Shown here piece after piece: positions 41,098 to 51,855 of a stretch of 64,000 nt of DNA. Location: positions 72,662 through 136,661 of the forward strand of contig OZ253947.1 in NCBI GenBank assembly GCA_965267345.1, read 5' to 3'. Position numbers and translations under genes: made by a program. A model generated the notes under the pieces. The model did not search any database, was not told the DNA's origin, and saw only the letters and a list, made by a program, of their open reading frames with translations. Position 1 is the stretch's first letter. Each line of letters begins with the position of its first letter. The DNA comes from Minisyncoccota bacterium. Lineage in GTDB: Bacteria; Patescibacteriota; Minisyncoccia; Phycocordibacterales; UBA2100.

Positions 41098-42024
41098 ATG
41101 GCATTCTGGGTAAACGTAAAACGAGTATCACGAGCAGGGTTTCTTGGATTTTTGCGTAATGGGTACGTCTCACTCGCGACGGTGCTCATTATGGCCATCA
41201 CGCTGTTTGCGATCGGAACGGTCACGATCACCAGTGCTGCACTTGATGCGGTGCTTACCCAGCTTGAAAATAAAGTCGACATCAACGTGTACTTCCTTGT
41301 TGATGCACCGGAGAGTGAGATTTTGGCACTGCGCGATGCAGTACAAGAATTGCCCGAAGTTGCGGCGGTGACCTATGTATCGCGTGAGGAGGCACTGGAG
41401 CAATTCAGAGCCCGACACGCCGACGACCAGCTGACCCTGCAGGCTCTTGATGAGCTGGATGAGAACCCACTGGGCGCCAGTTTGGCAATCCGCGCTCAGG
41501 AAACGAGTCAGTATGAACGCATTGCCAACGTGTTACAGGAAGAAACAACTGTCGGCGGAAGCGACCCCATCATTGAGAAGATCAACTACTTTCAAAACCG
41601 TGCGGCAATCGATAAGTTGACCGACATTATTACGGCATCTGAGCGCATTGGCTTCGCGACGACTATCTTCTTGGTGATCGCCTCAGTACTCATTGTGTTT
41701 AATACGATTCGACTGGCTATTTACACCACGAAAGACGAGATTGGCGTCATGCGTCTCGTCGGTGCATCCGACTGGTACGTGCAGGGGCCATTCCTTGTTG
41801 AGGGCGCACTGTACGGTTTTGCAGGTGGTCTCGTTGCGCTGCTGGCACTGTATCCGATTGCCCTGTGGACCGGTCCGGCATCGGAAGCCTTTTTCGGGAA
41901 CTTTAATGTATTGACGTACTACACGAGCCACTTCGGGTACCTGTTTGTAGTACTCGTGGGCATCGGTGTGGTACTCGGCGTCGTGTCGAGTGCACTTGCC
42001 GTGCGTCGCTACCTTAAATTATAA
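41098..42024 (+). CDS. ftsX: Cell division permease FtsX
   Basis: ENPL, NTIRLAI..EIGVMRLVGAS..PFLVEG motifs. Confidence 0.93.
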   Translation: MAFWVNVKRVSRAGFLGFLRNGYVSLATVLIMAITLFAIGTVTITSAALDAVLTQLENKVDINVYFLVDAPESEILALRDAVQELPEVAAVTYVSREEALEQFRARHADDQLTLQALDELDENPLGASLAIRAQETSQYERIANVLQEETTVGGSDPIIEKINYFQNRAAIDKLTDIITASERIGFATTIFLVIASVLIVFNTIRLAIYTTKDEIGVMRLVGASDWYVQGPFLVEGALYGFAGGLVALLALYPIALWTGPASEAFFGNFNVLTYYTSHFGYLFVVLVGIGVVLGVVSSALAVRRYLKL

Positions 42025-42072
42025 GCTTGCAAAGTGACCCGCATATACTAGACTTCACAACATTTGGTGCGC

Positions 42073-43716
42073 ATGGCGAAAAAAGGACACAAATACATCT
42101 TTGTCATTGGTGGCGTTATGTCCGGAGTGGGGAAAGGTGTCGCTAGCGCTTCAATTGGTAATCTCCTGCAGGCAAATGGATTCAAGGTCAACTTGGTAAA
42201 AGTTGACCCCTATTTAAATGTCGATGCCGGCACCATGAATCCGACCGAGCACGGCGAGACGTTCGTGTTGGAGAGCGGCCTCGAAACCGATCAGGACATG
42301 GGTAACTACGAGCGCTTTTTAAACCGATCGCTCCCGCCGGAAAACTACCTCACCAGCGGTATGGTGTACCGCAGTGTCATTGAGCGCGAGCGCAATCTTG
42401 AGTACGACGGGAAGTGTGTTGAAGCGGTGCCACACATTCGCGACGAAATTATCGAGCGATTTGAAAAGGCGGCGAGTATCAACGGCTCGGAAATTAGCGT
42501 GATTGAAATCGGTGGTACGGTCGGCGACTACCAGAACATTATGTTCATTGAAGCGGCGCGCATCATGGAAGCGCGTAATCCCGACGACGTGCTCTTTATT
42601 ATGGTGACGTACCTGCCCGTGCCGAACAAAGTCGGTGAAATGAAGACAAAGCCGACACAAAACGCTATTAGGCAGCTCAACTCATACGGTGTGCAGCCCA
42701 ACATCGTCATCGGGCGCTCGGAAGAAGAACTCGACGAGCGACGCAAGAGCAAAATTGCCGAGCAGTGTAATATTCGCCCTGACCGCGTTATCTCAGCGCC
42801 TGACATCGACAGTATCTACGACGTGCCGCTGAACTTCCGTCGCGATAACTTCTCAACGACGCTCCTTGAAGAGCTTCGCCTCAAGCGTCGCAAACGTACC
42901 CCCGACATGAGCAAGTGGGAAGCATTTGTGCGCAAGGTGCACAACTCAAAAAAGGAGGTGGGCATTGCTGTTGTCGGTAAGTATTTTGATACGGGCGACT
43001 TCGTGCTCTCCGACGCCTACATTTCTGTTATTGAAGCACTCAAGTTTTCAGCATTTCACCTCGGTGCCAAGCCGCAGCTGCACTGGCTGTCATCACACGA
43101 TTTTGAATCGGGCAAGAAAAAACTCAGCGAACTCAAGAAGTATGATGGGGTGCTCGTTCCGGGCGGATTCGGCAAGACGGGCATCGAAGGGAAGGTGCAA
43201 GTCATTGAGTACGTCCGCAAAAATAAGATTCCATATTTCGGTTTGTGTTACGGCATGCAGTTGGCGGTCGTTGAGTACGCACGCAATGTTGCCGGCATTA
43301 AGGGAGCAACGACGCGCGAGATGAGCAACGACGCCGAGCATCTCGTCATAGACATCATGGAAGACCAGAAGGAAAAGCTGCGCAACAACGATTACGGCGG
43401 CACGATGCGTCTCGGGGTCTATCCCGCGTATCTCAAGCGCGGCACGATCGCACGGAAAGCCTACAAACAGGAGATTGTCGAAGAGCGCCACCGCCACCGT
43501 TACGAGGTTAATCCCGAGTACGTCACGCAACTCGAAGATGCTGGTATGGTGTTTTCCGGTGTGTCGCCTGATAAGCGACTGATGGAAATCGCCGAGTTAC
43601 CCAAAGAGGCCCATCCGTTTTTCGTTGGTACGCAGTTTCACCCTGAATTACAGGCACGACCCCTTGATCCGCATCCGCTTTTCACGGCCTTCATCAAAGC
43701 GGCACTTGGCAAATAG
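42073..43716 (+). CDS. pyrG: CTP synthase
   Basis: GGVMSGVGKG, DPYLNVDAGTM, GLCYGMQ, ERHRHRYE and QFHPE motifs. Confidence 0.97.
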   Translation: MAKKGHKYIFVIGGVMSGVGKGVASASIGNLLQANGFKVNLVKVDPYLNVDAGTMNPTEHGETFVLESGLETDQDMGNYERFLNRSLPPENYLTSGMVYRSVIERERNLEYDGKCVEAVPHIRDEIIERFEKAASINGSEISVIEIGGTVGDYQNIMFIEAARIMEARNPDDVLFIMVTYLPVPNKVGEMKTKPTQNAIRQLNSYGVQPNIVIGRSEEELDERRKSKIAEQCNIRPDRVISAPDIDSIYDVPLNFRRDNFSTTLLEELRLKRRKRTPDMSKWEAFVRKVHNSKKEVGIAVVGKYFDTGDFVLSDAYISVIEALKFSAFHLGAKPQLHWLSSHDFESGKKKLSELKKYDGVLVPGGFGKTGIEGKVQVIEYVRKNKIPYFGLCYGMQLAVVEYARNVAGIKGATTREMSNDAEHLVIDIMEDQKEKLRNNDYGGTMRLGVYPAYLKRGTIARKAYKQEIVEERHRHRYEVNPEYVTQLEDAGMVFSGVSPDKRLMEIAELPKEAHPFFVGTQFHPELQARPLDPHPLFTAFIKAALGK

Positions 43717-43771
43717 CGGCACTGCACGTAGGATACAGAAAGCGTTATTCGCATTTTAAATACACAGAGTT

Positions 43772-44338
43772 ATGGATACATTACACACCGGTCAGCATGA
43801 GACTGACAACACACCGTCGGGCGTCGGCAAGAAGCACCACATTTACCTTCCCGAGTTTGTGTACGGGAGTATGGACGGTTTGGTGACCACATTCGCTATT
43901 GTGACGGGTGCGGTTGGTGCTTCACTATCTCCCGCAGTCATTCTGATTCTCGGCTTTGCCAATGTATTGGCAGACGGTTTTTCTATGGGATCATCAAACT
44001 ACCTCTCGGCAGTATCTGAAGAGTCGATTGGCGGCACGATGCACAAAAAGCCGCCGATTAACCAAGCGGTGGTGACGTTCTTCTCCTTCGTTATTATCGG
44101 CCTCGTGCCCATTTTGCCATTCGTGGCGGCACTGATGGTGCCGTCATTTGCACCGTCGGCGGCGTACACCTCAGTGGGTGCAACGCTGGTTGCATTTGCG
44201 CTCGTCGGCTACATTTCGGGTATCATCGAAAAGAAAAGCCCGTGGTTTGCCGCGCTGCGGAACGTACTCATTGGTGGCTTTGCCGCGCTCATTTCATTTA
44301 TCGTCGGTGTGATTCTCGGCGATATGTTTGGCCTCTAG
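43772..44338 (+). CDS. VIT1/CCC1 family metal transporter
   Basis: [12 protein letters not shown] and ADGFSMG motifs. Confidence 0.92.
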   Translation: MDTLHTGQHETDNTPSGVGKKHHIYLPEFVYGSMDGLVTTFAIVTGAVGASLSPAVILILGFANVLADGFSMGSSNYLSAVSEESIGGTMHKKPPINQAVVTFFSFVIIGLVPILPFVAALMVPSFAPSAAYTSVGATLVAFALVGYISGIIEKKSPWFAALRNVLIGGFAALISFIVGVILGDMFGL

Positions 44339-44413
44339 CGTGAACGGGGACGGTACCACTACAGGGGAAACTCGTGTATGATGGGCGCATAGTCGTTTAA
44401 TAAAGACACTGGT

Positions 44414-44920
44414 ATGAAAACTTATATTGTAAGTGCAGTTGTTATTGTTGCCTTGGCAGTCATCGCATATCTACTCGTGACCTACGAAGACATGCCCGCT
44501 GATCAATCAATGGAGCAGGGTCAGGAGTCAATGATGGATAACGAGGGCGATGCCATGATGCTCAACCGCGATGATGTCGAAGGAGACATTGTCGGAACGT
44601 GGCAGAGCACCGAAGATCCAAAGGCGGTCGTCGTGTACAAAGCTGATGGTACCGTTGAGGATCGCTACGATGGCGAGGTGATGAGCACCGGTACGTGGGA
44701 GCTCTACGCTGACGGTGAAGCAGAGTACGACCCATCAAGCGTATTTCTTCGCACCACCATTGACGGTGAGACATACGAGTACGCCGTACTCGACTCAGGT
44801 GAGTCACAGCTGACGATCAACTACCTTGCGCGCGGCAACACACTCGACTACGAGCGTGTTACCGAAGATGACGGAGCAATGATGGAGGCCGGCGTTGAGG
44901 TTGATGCCTCAGTGCAGTAA
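44414..44920 (+). CDS. Membrane-anchored lipocalin-like hypothetical protein
   Basis: N-terminal TM; IVGTW..DG..GTW pattern. Confidence 0.65.
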   Translation: MKTYIVSAVVIVALAVIAYLLVTYEDMPADQSMEQGQESMMDNEGDAMMLNRDDVEGDIVGTWQSTEDPKAVVVYKADGTVEDRYDGEVMSTGTWELYADGEAEYDPSSVFLRTTIDGETYEYAVLDSGESQLTINYLARGNTLDYERVTEDDGAMMEAGVEVDASVQ

Positions 44921-45019
44921 TTGAGTCTCACACCAAAAACGTGTAGTATACGAAACGCACCACACTTTGGTGCGTTTCGTTTTTGCTGGGTCGCGAATGC
45001 GGTTATGGCAAAGACATAT

Positions 45020-45090
45020 TGCCGGGTCGTCTAACGGTAGGACGACGGATTCTGGCTCCGTTAATCTAGGTTCGAGTCCTAGCCCGGCAG
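45020..45090 (+). tRNA. tRNA-Gln (CTG)
   Basis: TGCCGGG/CCCGGCA acceptor, ACGGA-TTCTGGC-TCCGT anticodon arm. Confidence 0.93.
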
Positions 45091-45292
45091 CATCTTCGGA
45101 CACAGTGACCCAAGAGGGTCATGTACCCAAGAACCTATTCTGACATTGCACACCTGTTGAGTGCGGTAGCCAGACAAAAAACTGCCCTCAGGGGCGGTTT
45201 TTTGTTAGAATTAAGATGGTAATGGATGAGCAAATGAATATATTGACCCTGCGAGCTGTCACTTAGTGGAGTCATAGGTTAGTATTATTTCT

Positions 45293-45859
45293 GTGGAAGT
45301 ACACATTACTCAATATAAATGGGAGGGTTCATGGGGACCGTTTAAAATTCAAGTGCCCTGTGGTGAATGTAGTGCTACTGAAGGCGTGATTAAACATGTA
45401 ATTGATACTCGATTTCCTGGCGCACCTATAGCTTTTGAAGCGAAGCCATGGCTTGATAACTGGTGGGAAGTCCTTTGGAAAGGTGGTTGGCATGCGCCCA
45501 TAACACTGGTAAATGGAAGGGTGATTTCGCAAGGGGCTGTACTCGATGCGGGTCTACTCGCTTACCACATACGAAAAGAGTTAGTAAAAGGATTCACAAT
45601 CCCGGATGATCGGAATGTGATGTATACAAAACCCGGCTGTTCATACTGTTTACGGGCGAAAGATCTCTTTACTAAGCACGGTATGCTCTACGAGGAGCGC
45701 GATATTGTGAGAAATCCTCTCTATGCGCATGAGTTATTTTTTACTACTTCTCAGTTCTTTCCCAAAAATAAACCGGTTACTACGCCACAGATTTGGCTTG
45801 GGGGGACATACCTGGGCGGAGCTGAGGATCTAGAGGCGTACTTTCAAAACCGTGATTAG
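45293..45859 (+). CDS. Two-domain thioredoxin-like/glutaredoxin protein
   Basis: CGEC..HAP and CSYC..TTPQIW..GG motifs. Confidence 0.8.
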   Translation: MEVHITQYKWEGSWGPFKIQVPCGECSATEGVIKHVIDTRFPGAPIAFEAKPWLDNWWEVLWKGGWHAPITLVNGRVISQGAVLDAGLLAYHIRKELVKGFTIPDDRNVMYTKPGCSYCLRAKDLFTKHGMLYEERDIVRNPLYAHELFFTTSQFFPKNKPVTTPQIWLGGTYLGGAEDLEAYFQNRD

Positions 45860-46502
45860 AAAAAGGAAAAGAATATTTTTTCTCATTTCTGTCATTTTAC
45901 TTTTGACGCTAGTTATAGTATTTCGGGATTTTGTTTATACTCAGATTGGACTTATTCGGGAGCTTGAAGGGACGTCCCTGATTTTGGCTGCTCTGGTCCT
46001 TATAGCTTCTAAGGGTATTGCAGGGCTTATTGGATTTCCTGGGACACCACTTACACTTCTCGCAGGCGCCGTGTTCGGGACATTCTGGGGGAGTATTGTT
46101 GCGCTCATTGGGAATACACTCGGTGCAATAGCGGGATTCGTGCTTGCGCGCTACGTTTTTCAAGATTCATTCCATCGCATGCTGGATAAATATCCACGCC
46201 TGAAGAACTATGAGCAAAGATTTGAAGAGGCGCCGTTTTCAACAACAATAACACTTCGTCTCATACCACTATTTCCATTCAATGCTTTAAATTACGCTCT
46301 TGGACTCACGCGAATGTCACTTCCAACTTACAGCCTGAGCACTTTCATCGGAATTATCCCAGGCACGGCCGCGTTCGTATACTTTGGTGAGTCACTCGCA
46401 ATGCTTGACCCTATCAACATTGCGTTTTCTGCAGGAGCGGTTGTAGTGCTCATTTTATTCGGTCGAGCATACGAAAAGCGAGTGCGGCGAAATATGGAGT
46501 AA
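45852..46502 (+). CDS. TVP38/TMEM64 (DedA/VTT) membrane protein
   Basis: PGTPLTLLAG and LRLIPLFPFNALNY motifs. Confidence 0.9.
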   Translation: MIRKRKRIFFLISVILLLTLVIVFRDFVYTQIGLIRELEGTSLILAALVLIASKGIAGLIGFPGTPLTLLAGAVFGTFWGSIVALIGNTLGAIAGFVLARYVFQDSFHRMLDKYPRLKNYEQRFEEAPFSTTITLRLIPLFPFNALNYALGLTRMSLPTYSLSTFIGIIPGTAAFVYFGESLAMLDPINIAFSAGAVVVLILFGRAYEKRVRRNME

Positions 46503-46642
46503 AGTCAAAGAGTAAAATTCGTGTAATGACCTTATTGGGTTTGCTACGAAAGGTGAGAGCATAGCCAGCTAATTAACATACTCTTCCATGTAAGGTATTC
46601 ATGTGTACACAGCATCATTCTTTTTTGCTATATTAGACGCGT

Positions 46643-47035
46643 ATGTTTGAGACCATATTAGCTCAAACCAACTGGCTTGCCGTTATTCTAAGCACCATCG
46701 GCGCCTTTGGGTTTGGCGCACTCTGGTATTCAGAGAAACTACTCGGGGCACGGTGGCGTGCGGGTATTGGCGTACCTGCGGTGAACACGACGGCGCACAT
46801 GTACTTTGGCATGGTAACGCAGTTCTGTGCCACGCTCGTGCTGGCATTTATTGTGAGCGCAACCATTTTACTCGGATCACTCATGGCGCTCATCGTGATT
46901 GCCATTATGTTGATGGGCTTTATCAAAGCGCACGGCTTTTACGCCGGTAAGACAAAAACCGCGATTACTATCGAAGTGAGCTACATTTTGGTGATGGTAC
47001 TCATTCTCTACGGCGTACAGACTATTTTTTACTGA
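46643..47035 (+). CDS. DUF1761-like membrane protein
   Basis: NWLAV..GALWYS..G..W pattern. Confidence 0.75.
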   Translation: MFETILAQTNWLAVILSTIGAFGFGALWYSEKLLGARWRAGIGVPAVNTTAHMYFGMVTQFCATLVLAFIVSATILLGSLMALIVIAIMLMGFIKAHGFYAGKTKTAITIEVSYILVMVLILYGVQTIFY

Positions 47036-47058
47036 AAACACTGCTTTTCTGGGTACAG

Positions 47059-47088
47059 AATCACTCATTTGACGTCATATGAGTGATT
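47059..47088. repeat. 30-bp palindromic repeat, copy 2
   Basis: AATCACTCATTTGACGTCATATGAGTGATT. Confidence 0.85.
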
Positions 47089-47127
47089 TTTGCCGCGCGA
47101 TGGGCGCATGTGGTAAACTACAATCAT

Positions 47128-48042
47128 ATGAAAAATATCACCATTGGCATACTCATTATTATCCTCGTAGGAATCGGCGGCTTCGTTGCGTGGCAACAGG
47201 GCTGGTTCGCCGGCACGACCACGCCACAACAGAACACTGACACGGCAACAACGACCGATATGTCGGACCAACAGTCTGACGACACGACAACCCAAGACGA
47301 TACGCAAACGACCATTGGGCAATCGGTTGATGGTCGTGACATCGTTGCGTACCACTACGGCAGTGGCGACACTGAGGTGCTCTTCGTTAGTGGCATTCAC
47401 GGTGGCTATGAGTGGAACACGACACTGGTGGCGTATGAGCTCATGGACTACCTCGAGGCGCAGTCAAGTGTTGTACCCGACAACGTGCGGGTGACAGTGG
47501 TACCGGTTCTGAACCCAGACGGATTGCACACAACTGTCGGTACGGCAGGACGTTTTACCCGCGCGGACGTACCAACGCCACAGTCGGCGACGGTCGCAGG
47601 GCGCTTCAACGCGAATACGGTTGACCTTAACCGCAACTTTGCGTGTGACTGGCAGGAGGAGGGCATATGGCAGAGTCGCACTGTTAATGCCGGTACGAGC
47701 GCGTTCTCTGAACCTGAATCACAGGCCATTCGCGATTACGTTAACGAGGTGAGACCGGCGGCAGTTGTGGTGTACTACAGTGCTGCTGGTGGTGTGTTTG
47801 CCTCAAGTTGTCACAACGGGGTGCTCGACGAAACGCTCACGCTGACGAACCTGTACGCTGATGCGTCTGGCTACCCAGCGTATGAAGAATTCGACTTTTA
47901 CGAAATTACGGGCGACATGGTGAACTGGCTTGCGAGCGAAGACATTCCCGCCATTAGTGTATTGCTGACCAACCACACTGATGTTGAATGGAGTCAAAAT
48001 CGCGCAGGTGTTGACGCCATTCTCAACTACTACGCAGAATAA
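47128..48042 (+). CDS. M14 (MpaA-like) peptidase homologue, probably inactive
   Basis: IHGGYE, NPDG and DLNRNF present; YYS replaces xHS and SVL replaces TVE. Confidence 0.85.
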   Translation: MKNITIGILIIILVGIGGFVAWQQGWFAGTTTPQQNTDTATTTDMSDQQSDDTTTQDDTQTTIGQSVDGRDIVAYHYGSGDTEVLFVSGIHGGYEWNTTLVAYELMDYLEAQSSVVPDNVRVTVVPVLNPDGLHTTVGTAGRFTRADVPTPQSATVAGRFNANTVDLNRNFACDWQEEGIWQSRTVNAGTSAFSEPESQAIRDYVNEVRPAAVVVYYSAAGGVFASSCHNGVLDETLTLTNLYADASGYPAYEEFDFYEITGDMVNWLASEDIPAISVLLTNHTDVEWSQNRAGVDAILNYYAE

Positions 48043-48917
48043 TGCCGGCATTGGTACGCACGTTCTGGTTTTGGGCTGTAGTACTCGCACTTATAGCTGC
48101 GAGCGCTGGTGCATATTTCGTTTTTTTTGCGCCAGAGCAAGTGCCGGCGCCGGTTGCTGACGTTGTCGCTACGACCCCCGCACGAACTGTTATCGGGCAA
48201 TCCGTGGAAGGACGTGCCATTGAAGCCTACACCTTTGGCTCAGGCGATACGCACTTGCTCTTCGTCGGTGGCATCCACGGTGGCTATGAGTGGAATAGCG
48301 TACTGCTTGCGTACGAGGCAATGGAGTACCTCACGGCGTATCCCGAGACGATCCCCGACACCGTGTCGGTAACCATTGTGCCGGTGGCAAATCCTGACGG
48401 TCTGTATGAAGCTGTCGGTACAGCGGGGCGCTTTACGCGCGCTGATGTTACGAGTGGCGACACCGCGCAGGCACGCTTCAACGCCAACGCGGTCGACCTC
48501 AACCGCAACTTTGACTGCAAGTGGGCTCCCGAGAGCAGCTGGCGCGGCGAAGTTGTCAGCGCGGGCTCGGCACCGTTTTCTGAACCTGAGGCACGTGCCA
48601 TTCGCACGATTGTCACCACGACGAATCCGGCGGCAGTTGTGTTTTGGCACAGTCAGGCCGATGCTGTGTATGCATCTGAGTGTGAAGAGGGTGTATTGCC
48701 CGAAACGCTCGCTGTCATGAATGCGTATGCGGACGCTGCAGGGTATCGAGCTGTCGAGAGTTTTGATGCGTACCCCATTACCGGCGACGCGGAAGGATGG
48801 CTGGCCTCACTCGGCATTCCGGCGATTACGGTTGAACTTGCGACGCACGAAACCGTTGAGTGGGAGCAAAACAAAAAAGGTATCGAAGCACTTTTTTCAT
48901 ACTACGCCCAGCAGTAA
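48042..48917 (+). CDS. M14 (MpaA-like) zinc peptidase
   Basis: IHGGYE, NPDG, DLNRNF, FWHS and ITVEL motifs. Confidence 0.88.
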   Translation: MPALVRTFWFWAVVLALIAASAGAYFVFFAPEQVPAPVADVVATTPARTVIGQSVEGRAIEAYTFGSGDTHLLFVGGIHGGYEWNSVLLAYEAMEYLTAYPETIPDTVSVTIVPVANPDGLYEAVGTAGRFTRADVTSGDTAQARFNANAVDLNRNFDCKWAPESSWRGEVVSAGSAPFSEPEARAIRTIVTTTNPAAVVFWHSQADAVYASECEEGVLPETLAVMNAYADAAGYRAVESFDAYPITGDAEGWLASLGIPAITVELATHETVEWEQNKKGIEALFSYYAQQ

Positions 48918-48988
48918 CCTCTCTTTGATTCCCTAGGGTGTGTAAGACTGCGCTGTCTCGCACGTCTTTGAGCACATAACAAAACTAT

Positions 48989-49759
48989 ATGCAGTCACCT
49001 ATGCACAATGGAAAATCTCAGCAGGTATATACGGCGCGCACCATCGCGCTGTGGTGTCTCGCGCTTGCAGCCATTGTCATCGGTGGGTATTCATTTTTTG
49101 CTCTTGCCCCTTCTGATGCACCACGTGGCGGACAGTCATCTGATGTGTGTATTCAAGTGATTACCGACGCCCGAGATCCAGAGACGGGAGATGTACACAC
49201 ATTTCCAACACCATGTGATGTGCCCGAGGGGTGGGACACACTTGAGACCGACCACGAACAGATCTCACGGGACGGTGAAAGTTGGACGCGCTACCGCAAT
49301 GACGATTTAGGGTTACGGTTTGAGTATCGTGTCGAACCCGACGGTTTTACCCTTGTTGAACAAGACGAGAGCGTGACGGGGCACGCAGCGCTTGTAGAAC
49401 ACGTGACACTTGTGCGCACTGACGAGTACATTGAATTGCTGACAAGCAGCGTACCACGCGAAGGACCACCCGCCATTACCGTTATGGTTTTTGATAACCC
49501 GAGTGCGTTGACGCCACGCGAGTGGGCAACCGAAAACCCGAACGTGTCAAACAGCACACGTACGCTTTCGGCGATGCGCGAGGTTTCGTTTTCCGGTGTG
49601 CCGGCGGTGCGCTACACTAGCGACGGGCTCTACGCTACTGACACGATTATTGCAGCGAACAACGGACGCATCTACCTCATTGCGGGAAGCTATATCGATG
49701 AAGCCTCAACACTTCGCGCTGACTTCCTCGCTATGCTCGAATACGTCTCGCTTTACTAG
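48989..49759 (+). CDS. Membrane-anchored hypothetical protein
   Basis: TM, CIQVIT..PTPCDVPEGW module, PsbP-like C-terminal pattern. Confidence 0.7.
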   Translation: MQSPMHNGKSQQVYTARTIALWCLALAAIVIGGYSFFALAPSDAPRGGQSSDVCIQVITDARDPETGDVHTFPTPCDVPEGWDTLETDHEQISRDGESWTRYRNDDLGLRFEYRVEPDGFTLVEQDESVTGHAALVEHVTLVRTDEYIELLTSSVPREGPPAITVMVFDNPSALTPREWATENPNVSNSTRTLSAMREVSFSGVPAVRYTSDGLYATDTIIAANNGRIYLIAGSYIDEASTLRADFLAMLEYVSLY

Positions 49760-49850
49760 CGGATGTCAGGCAGTGTGCCGCGTTGACACTCGCAACACCG
49801 TCACGGTACCGTGAACGCAGACAATAACACTCAACGAAGAGGAAGAGGTT

Positions 49851-50231
49851 GTGAAGATACTGGTGGAAAACCAAGATCACTACCTTGCGTTTGAGAAGCT
49901 ATTTCCAGACTCTCTATTCACCGTGATCAAATCTGACGACAATAATTCGATTCTGTCAGAGGCGAAGATGCACTTAGTGGGGAATCAGAAGGGGTACGTG
50001 TGTGTTTCGCTTGAAGCAGCACGGCCTTCGGTTCTATTCGATCTTTGCAAGGCGTGTGACGTATCCCGCTCTCCAGTAGTTGTGGTGCGCGGAAACACGT
50101 GTAATACATACGATCTTGCACGAGCAATAGCGATGGGCGCATACCCGCTACGATTACCTAGTTGTGCAACTGTTACGGGATTCACATTGGAGCGCATTTG
50201 GAGGTGGCATCAAGAACGCTTAGATGAGTGA
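49851..50231 (+). CDS. Orphan protein, possibly a degenerate receiver fold
   Basis: MKILVE..PVVVV..AIAMGA; purine-rich RBS; hairpin at 50232-50260. Confidence 0.45.
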   Translation: MKILVENQDHYLAFEKLFPDSLFTVIKSDDNNSILSEAKMHLVGNQKGYVCVSLEAARPSVLFDLCKACDVSRSPVVVVRGNTCNTYDLARAIAMGAYPLRLPSCATVTGFTLERIWRWHQERLDE

Positions 50232-50316
50232 GGGGCGCGGGAGAGATCTCGCGCCCTTTTGTCTTTCTGCACAAGGGGCTGTATGATTACTGGTGATGCA
50301 TCGTCTACTACTACAT

Positions 50317-51759
50317 ATGAGCAGATATACATTCGCACTCGGTATGGTCATGATGGCAGGTATGGTAATGCCCGCAGCAACACATGCTGCAGGAGAGCTT
50401 GAGCTCTCGGCATGGATCCCGTACTGGCGAGCCGAGGCAGGGGTGGGGAGCATGATGAATAATCTCGGTGCATTCACCGAGGTAAATCCGTTTCTCTACA
50501 CGGTGAAAAATAACGGTGAGCTCCATCAAGCCGATGCACTCACGGATGACGAGTGGCAACAATTGAAAAATGCGGCCGTTGCACGCAACATCCGCTTTAT
50601 CCCAACAGTAATGTGGTCGGGTTCGGACGCGATACATGACACACTGAGCGATCCTGAGCGCCGTCGTGCACACATTCAGTCCATCACACGCGAAGTGTAC
50701 GCACACGACCTCGACGGTATCGATATCGACTATGAAGCAAAGTACGCGCGTACGAATCCGTACTTCTCACAATTTTTGAAGGAGCTGGCTGATGCTATCG
50801 GCTACGACCGTTGGATCATCTGTACCATTGAGTCACGCACGCCACTTGATTCGCGGTACTCATCACCTGAGTCGATTCCTGACGACATTGCCTACGCAAA
50901 TGATCTTGTTGCGATTAACCAGCACTGCGATCGCGTGCGCATCATGGCCTACGATCAGGGGCGCATTGATGTGAAACTCAATGACGCAAAGGGCGACCCT
51001 TATATCCCTGTTGCTGATACCGACTGGGTTGAAAAAGTGATGCGGCTTATGGCTGAAGATATCGACCCAGAGAAACTCGTGCTCGGTGTGCCGACCTACG
51101 GCTATGAGTACGACACGTTCACTGACGATGACGGCGACTTCCGCTATTCGCGACTGTGGTCGTTTAATCCCGGATACGCTGATGAAGTTGCGACAAAACT
51201 CGGCATTAGTGCGCAACGCAATTCAGCCGGTGAGTTGTTTCTAACGTATCCGGCATCGCAGTCTCCCGACCCGATTATTCCGTTACCAAATGCAACGCGC
51301 GTTATGTCATGGAGCGACGCTGAGGCAATTCGTGCGAAGCTCGACTTGGCTCGCGAACTTGGCCTTGCGGGCGTTGCGATTTTCAAGGTGGATGGGGGAG
51401 AAGACCAGCGCCTCTGGAATGTGGTGACTGACTACGGAACACCAGCAACAACTGCGACGCTCACCCCGCCAACATGGGCGACTACTAACGCCGGTACGTC
51501 CAATGCGGTGACGATTACGCCACCAACACGCAATCTTGAGTACGGCATGCGCAATGAAGACGTGCGCACACTACAGCGTTTCCTCAATGCGCATGGCTTT
51601 ACCGTTGCCGCCAGCGGTGGTGGTTCTGCCGGCAACGAGACCACCTTTTTTGGTCCGGCGACACGAGACGCACTTGCGCGCTTTCAAGCTGCGCATGGCA
51701 TTAGTCCGTCAGTTGGCTACTATGGCCCTCTAACTCGCAGTACTATCGCGTCACTCTAA
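50317..51759 (+). CDS. Secreted GH18 glycoside hydrolase with C-terminal PG-binding domain
   Basis: DGIDIDYE, IMAYD and LGVPTYGY motifs; FFGPATRDALARFQ..GYYGPLT. Confidence 0.9.
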   Translation: MSRYTFALGMVMMAGMVMPAATHAAGELELSAWIPYWRAEAGVGSMMNNLGAFTEVNPFLYTVKNNGELHQADALTDDEWQQLKNAAVARNIRFIPTVMWSGSDAIHDTLSDPERRRAHIQSITREVYAHDLDGIDIDYEAKYARTNPYFSQFLKELADAIGYDRWIICTIESRTPLDSRYSSPESIPDDIAYANDLVAINQHCDRVRIMAYDQGRIDVKLNDAKGDPYIPVADTDWVEKVMRLMAEDIDPEKLVLGVPTYGYEYDTFTDDDGDFRYSRLWSFNPGYADEVATKLGISAQRNSAGELFLTYPASQSPDPIIPLPNATRVMSWSDAEAIRAKLDLARELGLAGVAIFKVDGGEDQRLWNVVTDYGTPATTATLTPPTWATTNAGTSNAVTITPPTRNLEYGMRNEDVRTLQRFLNAHGFTVAASGGGSAGNETTFFGPATRDALARFQAAHGISPSVGYYGPLTRSTIASL

Positions 51760-51855
51760 GGATGCAGTGTTATGTAGGTACAGTGTTCGCGCATAGCATA
51801 TAAGTGCTATGCTTGAGTGGTAAGAGAAAGCTTTACTATTCGTCGTTATAGTCAT

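Noticed and set aside
44984-44993. Possible duplication of the tRNA-Gln 5' end (TGCTGGGTCG)
   Set aside because: Only 9/10 identity and no core or inverted arm; could be chance.
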